A stretch of DNA of 64,000 bases from an uncultured Gammaproteobacteria bacterium (GTDB taxonomy: Bacteria; Patescibacteriota; Microgenomatia; Daviesbacterales; UBA10151): the NCBI GenBank assembly GCA_964446685.1, contig CAYUPO010000001.1:104502-168501 (forward strand). The letters are read 5' to 3'. Positions 31,783 through 41,637 of this stretch are shown in pieces. Both the position numbers and the translations under genes were made by a program. Positions within the stretch are counted from its first letter, which is position 1; each line of letters opens with the position of its first letter. Under the pieces are notes generated by a model. That model ran no database searches. It saw nothing but the letters and a program-made list of their open reading frames with translations, and was not told where the DNA came from.

Positions 31783-32202
31783 TTAACCTCCGACACCGTT
31801 TCTTTGTTCTTTTGATCTTTCGGCATTATAGACAGCCACATTCATCTGTTCTTCTTTTTTACTGTCTTCAAATTTTTCTACCTGCTCTTTTTGTTTATCC
31901 TGCTGCTCAGATGCAGCTCTTTGCTGATCTCTGATCTGTGTTGCCTCTCGGGCTTTTTGCTCTTCTTCAGTTAGTTTGTTAAAAAAATCTCTGTAGTAAG
32001 CAGCCTTTTTAGCGTCAGTTTGCTTTTTTTGCATCTCCTCCTGTTGCTTTTTGGCCTGAGCTTGGGGATCATCTGAAGCAGTTATTGATTGAGCCCCTAC
32101 TTCAATCATCTTCCCCATCTCTTCCCCAACAGGTTTCACAATTGCATCAGAGACTACTCCCAACATCTCTGAAATATTTCCACCTGAATCACCATCTGCC
32201 AT
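31783..32202 (-). CDS. Hypothetical Q/K/E-rich protein
   Basis: 139-aa ORF, helical low-complexity composition. Confidence 0.7.
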   Translation of the reverse strand: MADGDSGGNISEMLGVVSDAIVKPVGEEMGKMIEVGAQSITASDDPQAQAKKQQEEMQKKQTDAKKAAYYRDFFNKLTEEEQKAREATQIRDQQRAASEQQDKQKEQVEKFEDSKKEEQMNVAVYNAERSKEQRNGVGG

Positions 32203-32214
32203 CCCTTAATACTA

Positions 32215-32302
32215 ATAACCAAATGTCAAAGATACAAGTAATCCAAAGGTCTGCATAAATTGTAATTTATTTGTTACTTGGTTTTTGTATCTTGGATAAC
32301 TT
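32215..32302. repeat. Inverted array of ~8-nt periodic repeats
   Basis: aataacca/gatacaa/taatccaa units facing ttggtt/ttgtatc/ttggata units. Confidence 0.6.
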
Positions 32303-32305
32303 GCT

Positions 32306-32902
32306 TTAATATTCTTTCCTCCCCTCAAAAGATCTGGTCAGGGTTGATTCATCAGCATATTCAAGGTCGCCTCCAACTGGCAATCCTCTGGCAATTCGGG
32401 TGACTTTAATTCCAAGAGGTCTGATCAGACGATCAATATACATGGCGGTTGCCTCCCCTTCCATTGTGGGGTTGGTAGCCAGAATGACCTCTGTGACTGA
32501 TCCATCTTTCAACCTGGGCAATAACTCTCTGACATGAAGTTCATCCGGTCCAATGTTTTGCAAAGGTGAAATAGCTCCATGTAAGACATGATACAGCCCT
32601 TTGAAATTTGTCCGGTCAATTGCCAATACATCTAAAGGATCTTCCACCACACAAATAATACTTTTATCACGAGTCGGATCACTATCAATTTCACAGGGAT
32701 CTTTTTCTGAGATATTAAAACAAACAGAACAAAGCACCGTACTTTCTTTGAGAGCGAGAGCCGACTTTGCCAGCATCTCAGCTTCTTCTTTTGGTGCATG
32801 AAGTAAATAATAAGTCAGCCGCTGAGCCGACTTTGGTCCAATACCAGGCAGTCTTTCAAACGCTTCAATTAATTCTCTAACAACTTTGGGAATTGTAGCC
32901 AT
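32306..32902 (-). CDS. recR: Recombination mediator RecR
   Basis: LPGIGPKSAQR, ICVVE, YHVLHG, ATNPTMEGEAT, GGDLEYAD. Confidence 0.97.
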   Translation of the reverse strand: MATIPKVVRELIEAFERLPGIGPKSAQRLTYYLLHAPKEEAEMLAKSALALKESTVLCSVCFNISEKDPCEIDSDPTRDKSIICVVEDPLDVLAIDRTNFKGLYHVLHGAISPLQNIGPDELHVRELLPRLKDGSVTEVILATNPTMEGEATAMYIDRLIRPLGIKVTRIARGLPVGGDLEYADESTLTRSFEGRKEY

Positions 32903-32990
32903 GGCAAACACTATATCAGAAATAAGCCCAAATGTGTTATTAAATAAGCTTATAGTTGTATTTATGTGGTTTTTTTTATATCATTAGTCA

Positions 32991-33446
32991 ATGGAATTTA
33001 TTCATGCCTCAGAACAAGACAACTTAATGATCGCTGCAGAGGTCTTTAGCAAGACTAAAAAAGTTATCAATTTACCAGATCAAGGATATGTAGATTTTAT
33101 TTTGAATTCAGCAGATATTATTGATCAGATGCGAAAGCATACAAACTGGAGAGAGGCTTTGATTGAAATTGAAGGAATACCAGAAGAAGAGCTTTATGGA
33201 ATGGGTTTAATATCCAGTCTAAAAAATTGGGTTGATTCTAGTTACCCTGATATAGACGGTTATACTAATGGATTTAAACAAACTTTTAGAAGTGCCTTCC
33301 GTATGCTTGGAGCAAAAAAAGTTTATAGACCAGATTTATATACCCATCGCCAAATTTTGGCAACTAAACAAGGTCGAGCATATACCCAAGAAAAAGTAGC
33401 TGGCCATCGACACAATTTGTCTGCAGGATTTAAAATTGTAGTTTGA
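32991..33446 (+). CDS. Hypothetical protein inserted between ybaB and recR
   Basis: 151-aa ORF on the opposite strand to its neighbours. Confidence 0.65.
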   Translation: MEFIHASEQDNLMIAAEVFSKTKKVINLPDQGYVDFILNSADIIDQMRKHTNWREALIEIEGIPEEELYGMGLISSLKNWVDSSYPDIDGYTNGFKQTFRSAFRMLGAKKVYRPDLYTHRQILATKQGRAYTQEKVAGHRHNLSAGFKIVV

Positions 33447-33455
33447 GAAAGAATA

Positions 33456-33734
33456 TTACATTCCAGGGAGACCCATGCCACCCATTAGGGATTTCATTTC
33501 TTCAGCGGCTACTTTTTGGGATTGTTTTAGTGCTTCATTGACTGCATCAGCTACTTTAGCATGATCATTGTCGCCTTCAATTGAGATAACTTTTTGATCA
33601 CCAGTCATTGCAACAGTCACTCCTTTGTGCTCAACAGTGATTTTAATTTGGGCTAATTTTTTCTGCACTTCCATCGCCTGGTCACGCATTTTTTTCATAT
33701 CACCCAGCTGTTTTAAATTGTCCATTAGTCCCAT
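33456..33734 (-). CDS. ybaB: YbaB/EbfC nucleoid-associated protein
   Basis: QA..VQKKL, VTV..TG...V.SI, A.NEAL, MGGMGLPGM; near recR. Confidence 0.85.
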   Translation of the reverse strand: MGLMDNLKQLGDMKKMRDQAMEVQKKLAQIKITVEHKGVTVAMTGDQKVISIEGDNDHAKVADAVNEALKQSQKVAAEEMKSLMGGMGLPGM

Positions 33735-33781
33735 ATGGATGAAATTATAAGGGAAGAGATCTGAATACGCAAGGGTAAAAT

Positions 33782-34513
33782 TTAGCCTTTCGGATACTGG
33801 GCGATGGCTAGACGTTTAGCTTCAGCGAGATGATATTCTTCTCCGGGAAGAATTAATCTTTGTGTCCGATATATCGGATTTATTTCTCCGGTTTTTTCAA
33901 CATGATCCCAAAACGCTTTATTTTGCTGTCTTTCCACTTCTTTAACTCGTTGCTGCAATGATTCTGGGGTGTCATTTGGTTCAATCTTAACCAGTGAGGC
34001 TGCGACTACCATTCCTTTATCATATTCTTCAGTTACCTGATGCAAACAGACTTCAGTATAGTCAAAAGGTCGGTTAATCCGCTTTTTAAAAATCAGGACA
34101 GCTGCATGCACTGCCAATCCATGCATTCCCACTCCACCAAAATCTTCATACCCTGGATCAAGGGGGGCTGGATGAGAGTTAATGATTTTTCCATTAAACT
34201 GTTTTATCACATTAATAGGAGTCATGACCGACCAGCCATTTTGAGAAATATAATTGATATCATAAATCCTAAAAGTTGCTAGAAGTGATTGACCATATTT
34301 AAGCCTGGTTGCTTCCTGATCGATTTCACCATTCTCTTTATAGACCAGGTAATCCCTTTTTGGCAGCACAATACAATCTAATTTATGCTCTGAAGCACGC
34401 TCTTTGACCGGTGCTTTTTCATTGTTGGTGATCAACAAATCAGCCTTGTCAAATAACGGCTCACCTGTTGAACCTGATCCTGAAGCTAAGATGGCTAAAT
34501 GAAAATTACTCAT
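33782..34513 (-). CDS. purN: Phosphoribosylglycinamide formyltransferase
   Basis: ILASGSGST, IINSHP, FGG.GM.G..VH, H.VTEEYDKG. Confidence 0.85.
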   Translation of the reverse strand: MSNFHLAILASGSGSTGEPLFDKADLLITNNEKAPVKERASEHKLDCIVLPKRDYLVYKENGEIDQEATRLKYGQSLLATFRIYDINYISQNGWSVMTPINVIKQFNGKIINSHPAPLDPGYEDFGGVGMHGLAVHAAVLIFKKRINRPFDYTEVCLHQVTEEYDKGMVVAASLVKIEPNDTPESLQQRVKEVERQQNKAFWDHVEKTGEINPIYRTQRLILPGEEYHLAEAKRLAIAQYPKG

Positions 34514-34552
34514 ACTCTATTTATTGATAAAAAGATTTTTTTAAATCCCGAA

Positions 34553-35371
34553 TTAAGAATTCTTGGCAGATTGAACAACGTTTCTTAGTAAACAGGCGAT
34601 TGTCAGAGGGCCAATGCCTCCAATTGTCGGACAAAATAGCTTGGCTTTTTCCGCAATTGCTTCCTCATCTAAGTCACCGACTGTTTTACTATTCTCATCT
34701 TTACTGACACCAACACCAATTATATAAGCCCCTTTTTTAATATTCTGGGCATTAATAATATGCTTTTTGCCGGTAGCAGAGATAATAACATCTGAGGACT
34801 GGATAATACCATCTGGGTTTTGGGTTTGGGAATGGATCAAGTTTGAGGGGAATCTTTTTGTTAAAAGCATTTCCCTGATCGGTCCACCCGCAGTCTTCCC
34901 TCTGCCTAAAACTGTTATATTTTTTCCTTTAAGGAAATTTTCAGCTTTATCAAATCCTTCAATTCGGGCAAACTCAGTTAGCATCTCCCAAACGGCGGCG
35001 GCTGTAGCAGGCATAAATGGAGCATCAAATTTAAAACCATCAACATCTTTTTTTGAATTAACTGCTTTGGATAACTCTTTAAAATCCCAGCTTACAAAAA
35101 TTGGAAACTGAATAATAATCCCGCTGACTGTTTTATTTAATTTAAGAATCAATGGCAGAACCTGATCTTTCTGATCTTCACTAAATTGATGCAAAGTGGC
35201 AGCAATTCCAATTTCTCCGGCTCTGGCTAGTTTATTTTCGACATAGAGACGGGATGCAGAATTGTTGTTTGCTAAAATGATAGCTAACTTTGCCTGAAGC
35301 TGGTCTTCCGCTATTTCAAGTTTCAGTGCATTTAAAATTGAATCAGCTAGTGGTTTTCCGGATACTTTCAT
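34553..35371 (-). CDS. folD: Methylenetetrahydrofolate dehydrogenase/cyclohydrolase
   Basis: S.LYV.NK, GIIIQFP, KDVDG, GGIGPLTIACLL.N. Confidence 0.92.
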   Translation of the reverse strand: MKVSGKPLADSILNALKLEIAEDQLQAKLAIILANNNSASRLYVENKLARAGEIGIAATLHQFSEDQKDQVLPLILKLNKTVSGIIIQFPIFVSWDFKELSKAVNSKKDVDGFKFDAPFMPATAAAVWEMLTEFARIEGFDKAENFLKGKNITVLGRGKTAGGPIREMLLTKRFPSNLIHSQTQNPDGIIQSSDVIISATGKKHIINAQNIKKGAYIIGVGVSKDENSKTVGDLDEEAIAEKAKLFCPTIGGIGPLTIACLLRNVVQSAKNS

Positions 35372-35393
35372 GTGTTATTTATACTACCTCAAA

Positions 35394-35540
35394 CGTCATT
35401 CCAGCGAAAGTCATCGATTCTGAGGTCTAACGCCTCCACCTCCAGACTCGAAGAGCAGGCATCTGTAATAACAGGTTAGCAATTCATTAAATTTTCACCT
35501 AGTTATCAGAGAACAGATTCCCCTTTACAGGGGAATGACG
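35394..35540. repeat. CGTCATTCC-type two-armed REP-like element with a 45-nt nested insert
   Basis: CGTCATTCCAGCGAAA[35410-35454]GCAGGCATCT ... AGATTCCCCTTTACAGGGGAATGACG. Confidence 0.82.
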
Positions 35541-35589
35541 TTTACTAGTTAATTATTAACTGACTTCCGGCCACAGCGGTAGTGGTTTC

Positions 35590-35692
35590 CGTCATTCCTG
35601 CGAAAGCAGGAATCTGTTATAACTGGAACTAACTAGGAAACTATTGAAACCCTGTATGAAAACAGCAGATTCCCCTTTTCAGGGGAATGACG
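35590..35692. repeat. CGTCATTCC-type two-armed REP-like element
   Basis: CGTCATTCCTGCGAAAGCAGGAATCTG ... CAGATTCCCCTTTTCAGGGGAATGACG. Confidence 0.9.
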
Positions 35693-35697
35693 AATTT

Positions 35698-36243
35698 TTA
35701 ATTATAAAGTTCCGGGTTAATGAATCTGACTAGTGCTGATAGAACTCCAGATCTGTAAGCATCAGTTCTGGTAATCAGATTTTTTGTTAATAAACCAAAC
35801 TGTCCTTCCGCCTGCTTGGTATTTTTTCTTTTATATAAAATATCGCAGGCATCACCCAGTTCAAGTCCCTTTTCTAAAACCATTTCCATCATCTTATGCG
35901 GAGTATGCATTCTGATACTGGATCCAATACCCATTTTGCCACTTTTTTCAAAAACTATCACCCAGCCTGAATCAACATATTCTGAACCAATTTTTTGAAT
36001 TCCGCCTTCAATCCCTACTCCAAAATCAGCTTTTAGCTCTTTCAAAGCTCTTTTAGCCCGATTGATAGCCCCTTTAACTGATTCTTTATCCGACATTGGT
36101 TGATCGGAAACCCCGGAAGCTACATCAGACCCATTAACAACCCATTCTATCTCAGGCCAAACATCACTAAAAGCCAACCTAACAGCTTCCACTTTGACCG
36201 GATTTTTTGAACCAACAGCAACCGTTTTTCTTGGTTTATTCAT
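35698..36243 (-). CDS. yjjX: Inosine/xanthosine triphosphatase (DUF84)
   Basis: GSKNPVK..AV, SGVSDQP, GA.NRA, GIEGG, G.LT...ITR...Y. Confidence 0.9.
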   Translation of the reverse strand: MNKPRKTVAVGSKNPVKVEAVRLAFSDVWPEIEWVVNGSDVASGVSDQPMSDKESVKGAINRAKRALKELKADFGVGIEGGIQKIGSEYVDSGWVIVFEKSGKMGIGSSIRMHTPHKMMEMVLEKGLELGDACDILYKRKNTKQAEGQFGLLTKNLITRTDAYRSGVLSALVRFINPELYN

Positions 36244-36247
36244 AGTT

Positions 36248-36412
36248 AAATTTCTAAGTACTAATTTCTAATTACTAAATAATGTCTAATGAATAAATTC
36301 TTGCTTCGCAATGAATAAATTCTTGCTTCGCAATGAATAAATGTCTAAAGAGTTTAGTCATTAGTATTTGGGATTTGTTTAGGAATTAGAAATTAGAGTA
36401 ATTAGAAATTTT
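36248..36412. repeat. Inverted heptamer array with an internal 22-nt tandem duplication
   Basis: (TTTCTAA/TTACTAA)n ... (TTAGAAA/TTAGTAA)n; AATGAATAAATTCTTGCTTCGC at 36288-36309 and 36310-36331. Confidence 0.85.
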
Positions 36413-36415
36413 TCT

Positions 36416-36892
36416 TTAGTCTTCCCGTACATTCACCAATCCGCCCAGATACTTTGCCCAATAGATCTCTTCTTCCGAATGACTGATTTTTTCTTCGCCG
36501 CTAAACTGACTGATCTCACCTTCCCATTTATTTTTATATTCAAAACTTTCCTGCTTAAATTCTTCAGGTCCTCTGAATGGATAATCTTCCGGCGCATTTA
36601 GTAATGCCTGCTGGAGAACTTCATAAATTTTAGTAAAGTTAGTTATATCTTTGGCCACACTACCGTAATAAACCATCATCCAGACCGGTTTCCCTTTATA
36701 AAAAACGACTGTTCTTCCGGAAAAAGGTTCACCACCAAAGTAATTATCATGACTTTTCCAGTCATCTTTTTCATATAAAAATGTTTTTGATCCATCTGCT
36801 TCTATTTTTTTACGCGTTTCTCCCGCAGCTGCATAGCCGTGTTTGGTGGATTCAAGAATAAACTGGCGGAGGTCGCTTAAATTGAGTGGCAT
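36416..36892 (-). CDS. DUF5680-like protein
   Basis: YA, D.YFGGEPF.G...V....P.W.M.YYG, PFRGP, F.G.E.I. Confidence 0.7.
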   Translation of the reverse strand: MPLNLSDLRQFILESTKHGYAAAGETRKKIEADGSKTFLYEKDDWKSHDNYFGGEPFSGRTVVFYKGKPVWMMVYYGSVAKDITNFTKIYEVLQQALLNAPEDYPFRGPEEFKQESFEYKNKWEGEISQFSGEEKISHSEEEIYWAKYLGGLVNVRED

Positions 36893-36908
36893 ATTATAAT
36901 AGTATTTA

Positions 36909-37187
36909 TTAAAAAGCTTCTTGTCGTCTTAATCTCGGAATTGTTTCTCTCATGATCCATCCATTGGTGGTGTCTCTTGATTCTTGCATTTTACTTTTGA
37001 AATTAGCATTCTGATTAAATTTGAGACTTTGTTCTATTGCCCGATCCAATCTGATCATAGATCTTATGAAATCAGCAGGAGAACTTGAGGTAACAACTTG
37101 ATGCATCCTAATTCCAACTTGAAGGCCAAATTCTCTAACAAATTTATCCGTAACTTCTGGAGCTAATAAAGTTTCTGGAGAAATCAT
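36909..37187 (-). CDS. Hypothetical protein
   Basis: ORF from the ATG just after the glyA stop. Confidence 0.5.
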   Translation of the reverse strand: MISPETLLAPEVTDKFVREFGLQVGIRMHQVVTSSSPADFIRSMIRLDRAIEQSLKFNQNANFKSKMQESRDTTNGWIMRETIPRLRRQEAF

Positions 37188-37188
37188 A

Positions 37189-38523
37189 TCAGATATCAAT
37201 TCCTGGGACGGGGAATTTTTTAGCAAAGGAGGTGATCTCTTTTTGAAGCTTGAGTAAGTTTTTGTTTTTAACAATCTCTGCCCGGAATTTTCTCAGTAAT
37301 TCTAAGCGTCCTTCTTTATCAGCTGGCAGAATATATCCTTCAACTTCTTTGATCACCTGGGCAATCCAATTGCCTACCTTCACCATATCTTTTTCTTTCA
37401 TTCCCCGGGTAGTCAAAGCTGGTGTTCCAATCCGGATGCCTGAGGTATAAAAAGGAGGCATTGGATCATATGGAACAAGTGAGAAATTCAGAACGATTCC
37501 GGCAACTTCCAAAGCCTCGGCAGCTAATTTGCCCGACACCTGCTGTCGCTGCAGATCAACTAATATCAGATGATTATCTGTGCCTCCGGAAACCAGATCC
37601 AGACCGTTTTTGGTCAGAGTTTCAGCCAATTTTTGGGCATTTTTAACAATTTGAGCAGCATATTTTTTAAACGAGGCTTTTGAAGCTTCTTCCAGCGCTA
37701 CGGCAATGGCGGCTGTCTGATTGTCATGCGGACCTCCCTGAAGGCCCGGGAAGACTGCAGCATCGATTTTTTTACCCATTTCCGGATCTTTCTTTAACCC
37801 TCTCTCAGTTACCATAATCATCGCCCCTCTTGGACCCCGCAAGGTCTTGTGGGTAGTGGTCATCATCACATCAACATATGGTGCCGGTGAAGGATGCGCT
37901 CCTCCCACTATCAGCCCGGCAATATGTGAAACATCAGCCATCAAAAGTGCACCAACTTTATCAGCAATCTTGCGGAATTTGGCGAAATCGATAGTTCGGG
38001 GGTAAGCCGTAAAGCCGCAAATGATTAAATCAGGTTTTTCATTTAAAACAGCCTCCTCTACTTCTTTATAATCTAACTGACCGGTTTTTTGGGAAACTTT
38101 GTAATGAGCGGTTTTGAAAAACCTCCCGGAAAAACCAATCTCCAGACCATGAGTGATATGTCCACCCTGATCCAGAGCCAGTCCCATCATTTTCTGGCCG
38201 TTTTTCAAAATTCCCATAAAAATAGCGGCATTAGCCGGGGATCCTGAATAAGGCTGAACATTGACATGAGGCACCCCAAACAGTTTTTTAGCTAAATCCT
38301 GGGCATAGATTTCAACTGTATCAACCACTGCATTGCCCTGATAGTAACGTCTTTTTGGATAGCCTTCTGAGTATTTATTGGTAAAAACAGAGCCCAGTGT
38401 TTCAATAACTGCTGAGGAAGTATAGTTTTCTGAAGCAATCATCTCCAGCACCTCTTTTTGGCGCTTTTCTTCCTGTTTAATAGCGTTATAAATTTTAGGT
38501 GATTGTTTCTTTAAGGCCTTCAT
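37189..38523 (-). CDS. glyA: Serine hydroxymethyltransferase
   Basis: IASENY, NKYSEGYP, TTTHKTLRGPRG, FPGLQGGPH, SGIRIGTPA; start at MKALKK. Confidence 0.97.
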   Translation of the reverse strand: MKALKKQSPKIYNAIKQEEKRQKEVLEMIASENYTSSAVIETLGSVFTNKYSEGYPKRRYYQGNAVVDTVEIYAQDLAKKLFGVPHVNVQPYSGSPANAAIFMGILKNGQKMMGLALDQGGHITHGLEIGFSGRFFKTAHYKVSQKTGQLDYKEVEEAVLNEKPDLIICGFTAYPRTIDFAKFRKIADKVGALLMADVSHIAGLIVGGAHPSPAPYVDVMMTTTHKTLRGPRGAMIMVTERGLKKDPEMGKKIDAAVFPGLQGGPHDNQTAAIAVALEEASKASFKKYAAQIVKNAQKLAETLTKNGLDLVSGGTDNHLILVDLQRQQVSGKLAAEALEVAGIVLNFSLVPYDPMPPFYTSGIRIGTPALTTRGMKEKDMVKVGNWIAQVIKEVEGYILPADKEGRLELLRKFRAEIVKNKNLLKLQKEITSFAKKFPVPGIDI

Positions 38524-38629
38524 CTTCGATGGAAATACAATAACCCGAAGTCCCATAAAAAAACAAGTGGATCAATTTGGATCAAAATAATTTAGGATTG
38601 AAAGTTTAAATTTTATATTTAGAACTGAA

Positions 38630-38675
38630 GTAAATTAAACTATTTTACTAATTAACTAATTCACTAATTAACTAT
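38630..38675. repeat. Octamer tandem repeat (ACTAATTA)n
   Basis: actaattaactaattcactaattaacta overlapping the dnaX stop. Confidence 0.65.
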
Positions 38676-40248
38676 TAAATATTTCGGCGGCGATTCTGAT
38701 GACTTCATCATCCTGAGCTAGTTCGACATTGGCTAGCTCTTCGACTCTGACCGGTCTCTGGCTTAAAGTGGTGGTTACCCGGGCTGGTTTTCCTAAAACA
38801 TCAGTTAAAACTGATTCAAGCAAATTTCGGGAACGGGGAGTTTCCAATATCCTCTGATGGAAAGCATAAGGCACCTCCAAAATCACTATCCCATTATCAC
38901 AGCCCATCAGATTCGCCTGTTTAAGCAGCGCTTCCAGGGAAAAATTGTCAGGTCTGATGGTTTCTAAAATATAATCCCATTTTTCCCGCAATACGATGAT
39001 TTCATGGGAGGGAGCAATCTCCACCTGCTCTTTGAGCATCTGATGGGGCGGGATCTTATCATCTTTCCCTGTATTTACAGGCTGTGAGGGAGAGGATATT
39101 TCACCAATTGTCTGAACCATAGTCATCTGAGGCGCAATCATGTTTGGAGAAATGACCGGAGCCTGAATTCCCAGACAGCTTTCAACTACGGCAACTTCAA
39201 GTGGAAGTGTTGGAATTGAGGTGTATTTTAACTGTTCTAAACTATCTTGAATTAGCTGAATGGAATGCACTAGCTCTCTTTTATTAAATGCAGTAGCCAA
39301 AGTCGTTAATTCTTCATAAATCTCACTACCAAACTGTTGTTTAACACTGATACCTGCCTGAGACTGAATTAGCATCAGCGAGCGCAACACCTCCAGTAAT
39401 TGGGTTGTTCCCTCTTTGACATTTGCCCCTTTTTCCGACAGCTGATAAATAACTGCCAATGCATTGGCGGAATCTTTGCGGGAGATAGCTCCTGCCAGAT
39501 TTAAAATATCTTTAAAACTGGTTGATTTAAGACCTTCTTCGACAGACTGAAGCGTGATTTTTCCTCCGGAGGAAGCGATCTGATCCAGCAGCTTCAAACC
39601 GTCTCTAAAACTCCCGTCCGCTTTACGGGCCAGCAACTTTAAAGCGGCTTCTTCAGCTTCTATTTTTTCTTCTTTGACTACCCGGGATAAAGCTTTAAGC
39701 AGATCTTCTGTGGAAGCAGTCTGAAAATCCAGACGTTGCACCCTGGACAAAATAGTTTGTGGCAGCTTATGCACTTCAGTGGTCGCCAAAATAAAAGCAA
39801 CATGAGAAGGAGGCTCTTCCAGAGTTTTTAGCAAAGCATTAAATGCTTCTGTAGTCAGCATATGAACTTCATCAATAATATAAACTTTTTTCTTAGCCTG
39901 GGTCGGAGCTAGTTTTATCCGCTCCTTCAGATCCCGGATATCATCAATTCCCCTGTTTGAGGCTGCATCAATCTCCATTAAATCCAAATTGGATCCATCA
40001 GTGATAGACAGACACATATTACATTTATTGCAAGGAACTGTTTCCATCTCAGTTCCTTTAACTTCACAGTTGATCATTTTAGCCACTATCCTGGCAGTTG
40101 AAGTTTTACCAGTGCCCCTGGGGCCGCAAAAGAGATAAGCATGGGACAGTTTTTCTGCCTGGTGAGCTTTGAACAGGGTTAATTTGATCTGATCCTGACC
40201 AATAAGTTCTGAAAGTGTTTGTGGACGATACTTGCGATAGAAAACCAT
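38668..40248 (-). CDS. dnaX: DNA polymerase III subunit gamma/tau
   Basis: YRKYRP, GPRGTGKTS, EIDAASNRG, DEVHML, NALLKTLEEPP. Confidence 0.97.
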   Translation of the reverse strand: MVFYRKYRPQTLSELIGQDQIKLTLFKAHQAEKLSHAYLFCGPRGTGKTSTARIVAKMINCEVKGTEMETVPCNKCNMCLSITDGSNLDLMEIDAASNRGIDDIRDLKERIKLAPTQAKKKVYIIDEVHMLTTEAFNALLKTLEEPPSHVAFILATTEVHKLPQTILSRVQRLDFQTASTEDLLKALSRVVKEEKIEAEEAALKLLARKADGSFRDGLKLLDQIASSGGKITLQSVEEGLKSTSFKDILNLAGAISRKDSANALAVIYQLSEKGANVKEGTTQLLEVLRSLMLIQSQAGISVKQQFGSEIYEELTTLATAFNKRELVHSIQLIQDSLEQLKYTSIPTLPLEVAVVESCLGIQAPVISPNMIAPQMTMVQTIGEISSPSQPVNTGKDDKIPPHQMLKEQVEIAPSHEIIVLREKWDYILETIRPDNFSLEALLKQANLMGCDNGIVILEVPYAFHQRILETPRSRNLLESVLTDVLGKPARVTTTLSQRPVRVEELANVELAQDDEVIRIAAEIFNS

Positions 40249-40338
40249 ATGAGGATTCTTAGATTACCATAGTTCCACAGTAAAGGGTCAAGATAGAAGA
40301 ATAACTATGGAACAGATAGAAAGAGGTAAGTCCTGAGG

Positions 40339-40446
40339 AAATTTCTAATTTCTAATTACTAATTGACCTAAATAAATTCCAGTTTCTAAGAAGCTAAACT
40401 ACTTAAACATTATTTAGAAATTAGGTTAATTAGAAATTAGAAATTT
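40339..40446. repeat. Inverted heptamer array
   Basis: aaatttctaatttctaattactaa ... ttagaaattaggttaattagaaattagaaattt. Confidence 0.85.
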
Positions 40447-40859
40447 TAATGTTGGTGTATTCCCAGGAGGTGGCTGGTGCCGTGTTCGACTAGCATTCGG
40501 ATCTCTTCTTCAACAGCAACTCCCTCAGCAACAGCATCTTTTTTGGCTTCCGGATAGGAAATGACAATATCACCCAGTCTGGTGATTTTATCCGGTGAGG
40601 GCACAAAACCCATTTTGCTAAGATGCATCACACCATTTTTTTGAGGTTGTTCATAGGGAAAAGAAAGAATATTTGTGGTGCTATCAATACCCCTATAAGT
40701 TTTGTTAATCTCGTGCATCTGATTGTCACCGACAATCGTAATACCTATTTCAATATTTCCATGGATCTGATGCCTTTTTAAGACCTCCATAGCAGCTGAC
40801 TGGACAGCGAATTTGTTAATTTCAAATTTTGTATCAGAATTGACAATAATATTAACCAT
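40446..40859 (-). CDS. ybeY: rRNA maturation endoribonuclease YbeY
   Basis: N..YRG.D..T..LSF, LGDIVIS, HG..HLLG.H. Confidence 0.92.
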   Translation of the reverse strand: MVNIIVNSDTKFEINKFAVQSAAMEVLKRHQIHGNIEIGITIVGDNQMHEINKTYRGIDSTTNILSFPYEQPQKNGVMHLSKMGFVPSPDKITRLGDIVISYPEAKKDAVAEGVAVEEEIRMLVEHGTSHLLGIHQH

Positions 40860-40863
40860 AAAA

Positions 40864-41301
40864 TTAGGCTGTTAGCCTTTGCCTGACCAACGCACTGACC
40901 CGACTTCCTTCAGCTCCCTGGCCAGCTTTGGCCATTACAGCAGGAATTATTTTGCCCATATCAGCCATGGAAGTGGCACCTAGTTCATTTATAACTTCAT
41001 CAACTAAGGATTGCAACTGGTCATCTGTCAGCTGAGTTGGTAAATAATTTTCCAGGATTTTAGCTTCTGCTTCTTCTTTCTGTGCCTGTTCTTCCCGGTC
41101 CCCTTTTCTAAAAGCTTCAGCTGCTTCCCGGCGCTTTTTTAGCTCTTTTTGCACAACGGAAACTATTGCCTGGTCATTTAGCTCACTACCTGCGACTTCG
41201 GCATATTTTATTTCAGACAAAAGCATCCGCAGAGTTGATACTGCAGTTTCGTCCCGAGCTAACATGGCTGTTTTTAAATCCTGACGTAATTTGTCATTCA
41301 T
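40864..41301 (-). CDS. yqeY: GatB/YqeY domain protein
   Basis: DLK.AM..RD, K.R.EA...F..G.R, YLP.QL, DMGK. Confidence 0.92.
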   Translation of the reverse strand: MNDKLRQDLKTAMLARDETAVSTLRMLLSEIKYAEVAGSELNDQAIVSVVQKELKKRREAAEAFRKGDREEQAQKEEAEAKILENYLPTQLTDDQLQSLVDEVINELGATSMADMGKIIPAVMAKAGQGAEGSRVSALVRQRLTA

Positions 41302-41306
41302 AGTTA

Positions 41307-41422
41307 AAATTTCTAATCACTAATTGCACTAATTCCTAAATAAATCCAAAATCAGAATGTCTAAAAATTAGGATTTAGAAATTTAGTATTGTTTAGTAAT
41401 TAGAAATTAGTACTTAGACATT
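41307..41422. repeat. Inverted heptamer array
   Basis: tttctaatcactaa..ctaattcctaaa ... tttagtaattagaaattagtacttagacatt. Confidence 0.8.
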
Positions 41423-41425
41423 GCT

Positions 41426-41629
41426 TTAGCTGGCATCAGCTAAACGTTGTGCTCTTCTGATTTTGCGTCGTCTTTCAGCTAACTGTTCTTTTCTTTTTTC
41501 AGAATTTTTTTTGTGAAACATCAGATCACGATATTCCTGAACCACTTTTTCCGCAATAGATTTTTTCTGAAATTTACGGATAACTGAATCAGTACTATCA
41601 TTTCCTGAAGCTTTAATAATAATTGGCAT
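41426..41629 (-). CDS. rpsU: 30S ribosomal protein S21
   Basis: 67-aa basic protein (DSVIRKFQKK...HKKNSEKRK) upstream of yqeY, the usual synteny; start at MPIII. Confidence 0.8.
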   Translation of the reverse strand: MPIIIKASGNDSTDSVIRKFQKKSIAEKVVQEYRDLMFHKKNSEKRKEQLAERRRKIRRAQRLADAS

Positions 41630-41637
41630 AAACTGGG

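Noticed and set aside
35394-35692. Structured intergenic region as a tRNA, riboswitch or ncRNA upstream of folD
   Set aside because: The hairpins match the dispersed REP-like family; no cloverleaf or recognised riboswitch consensus.
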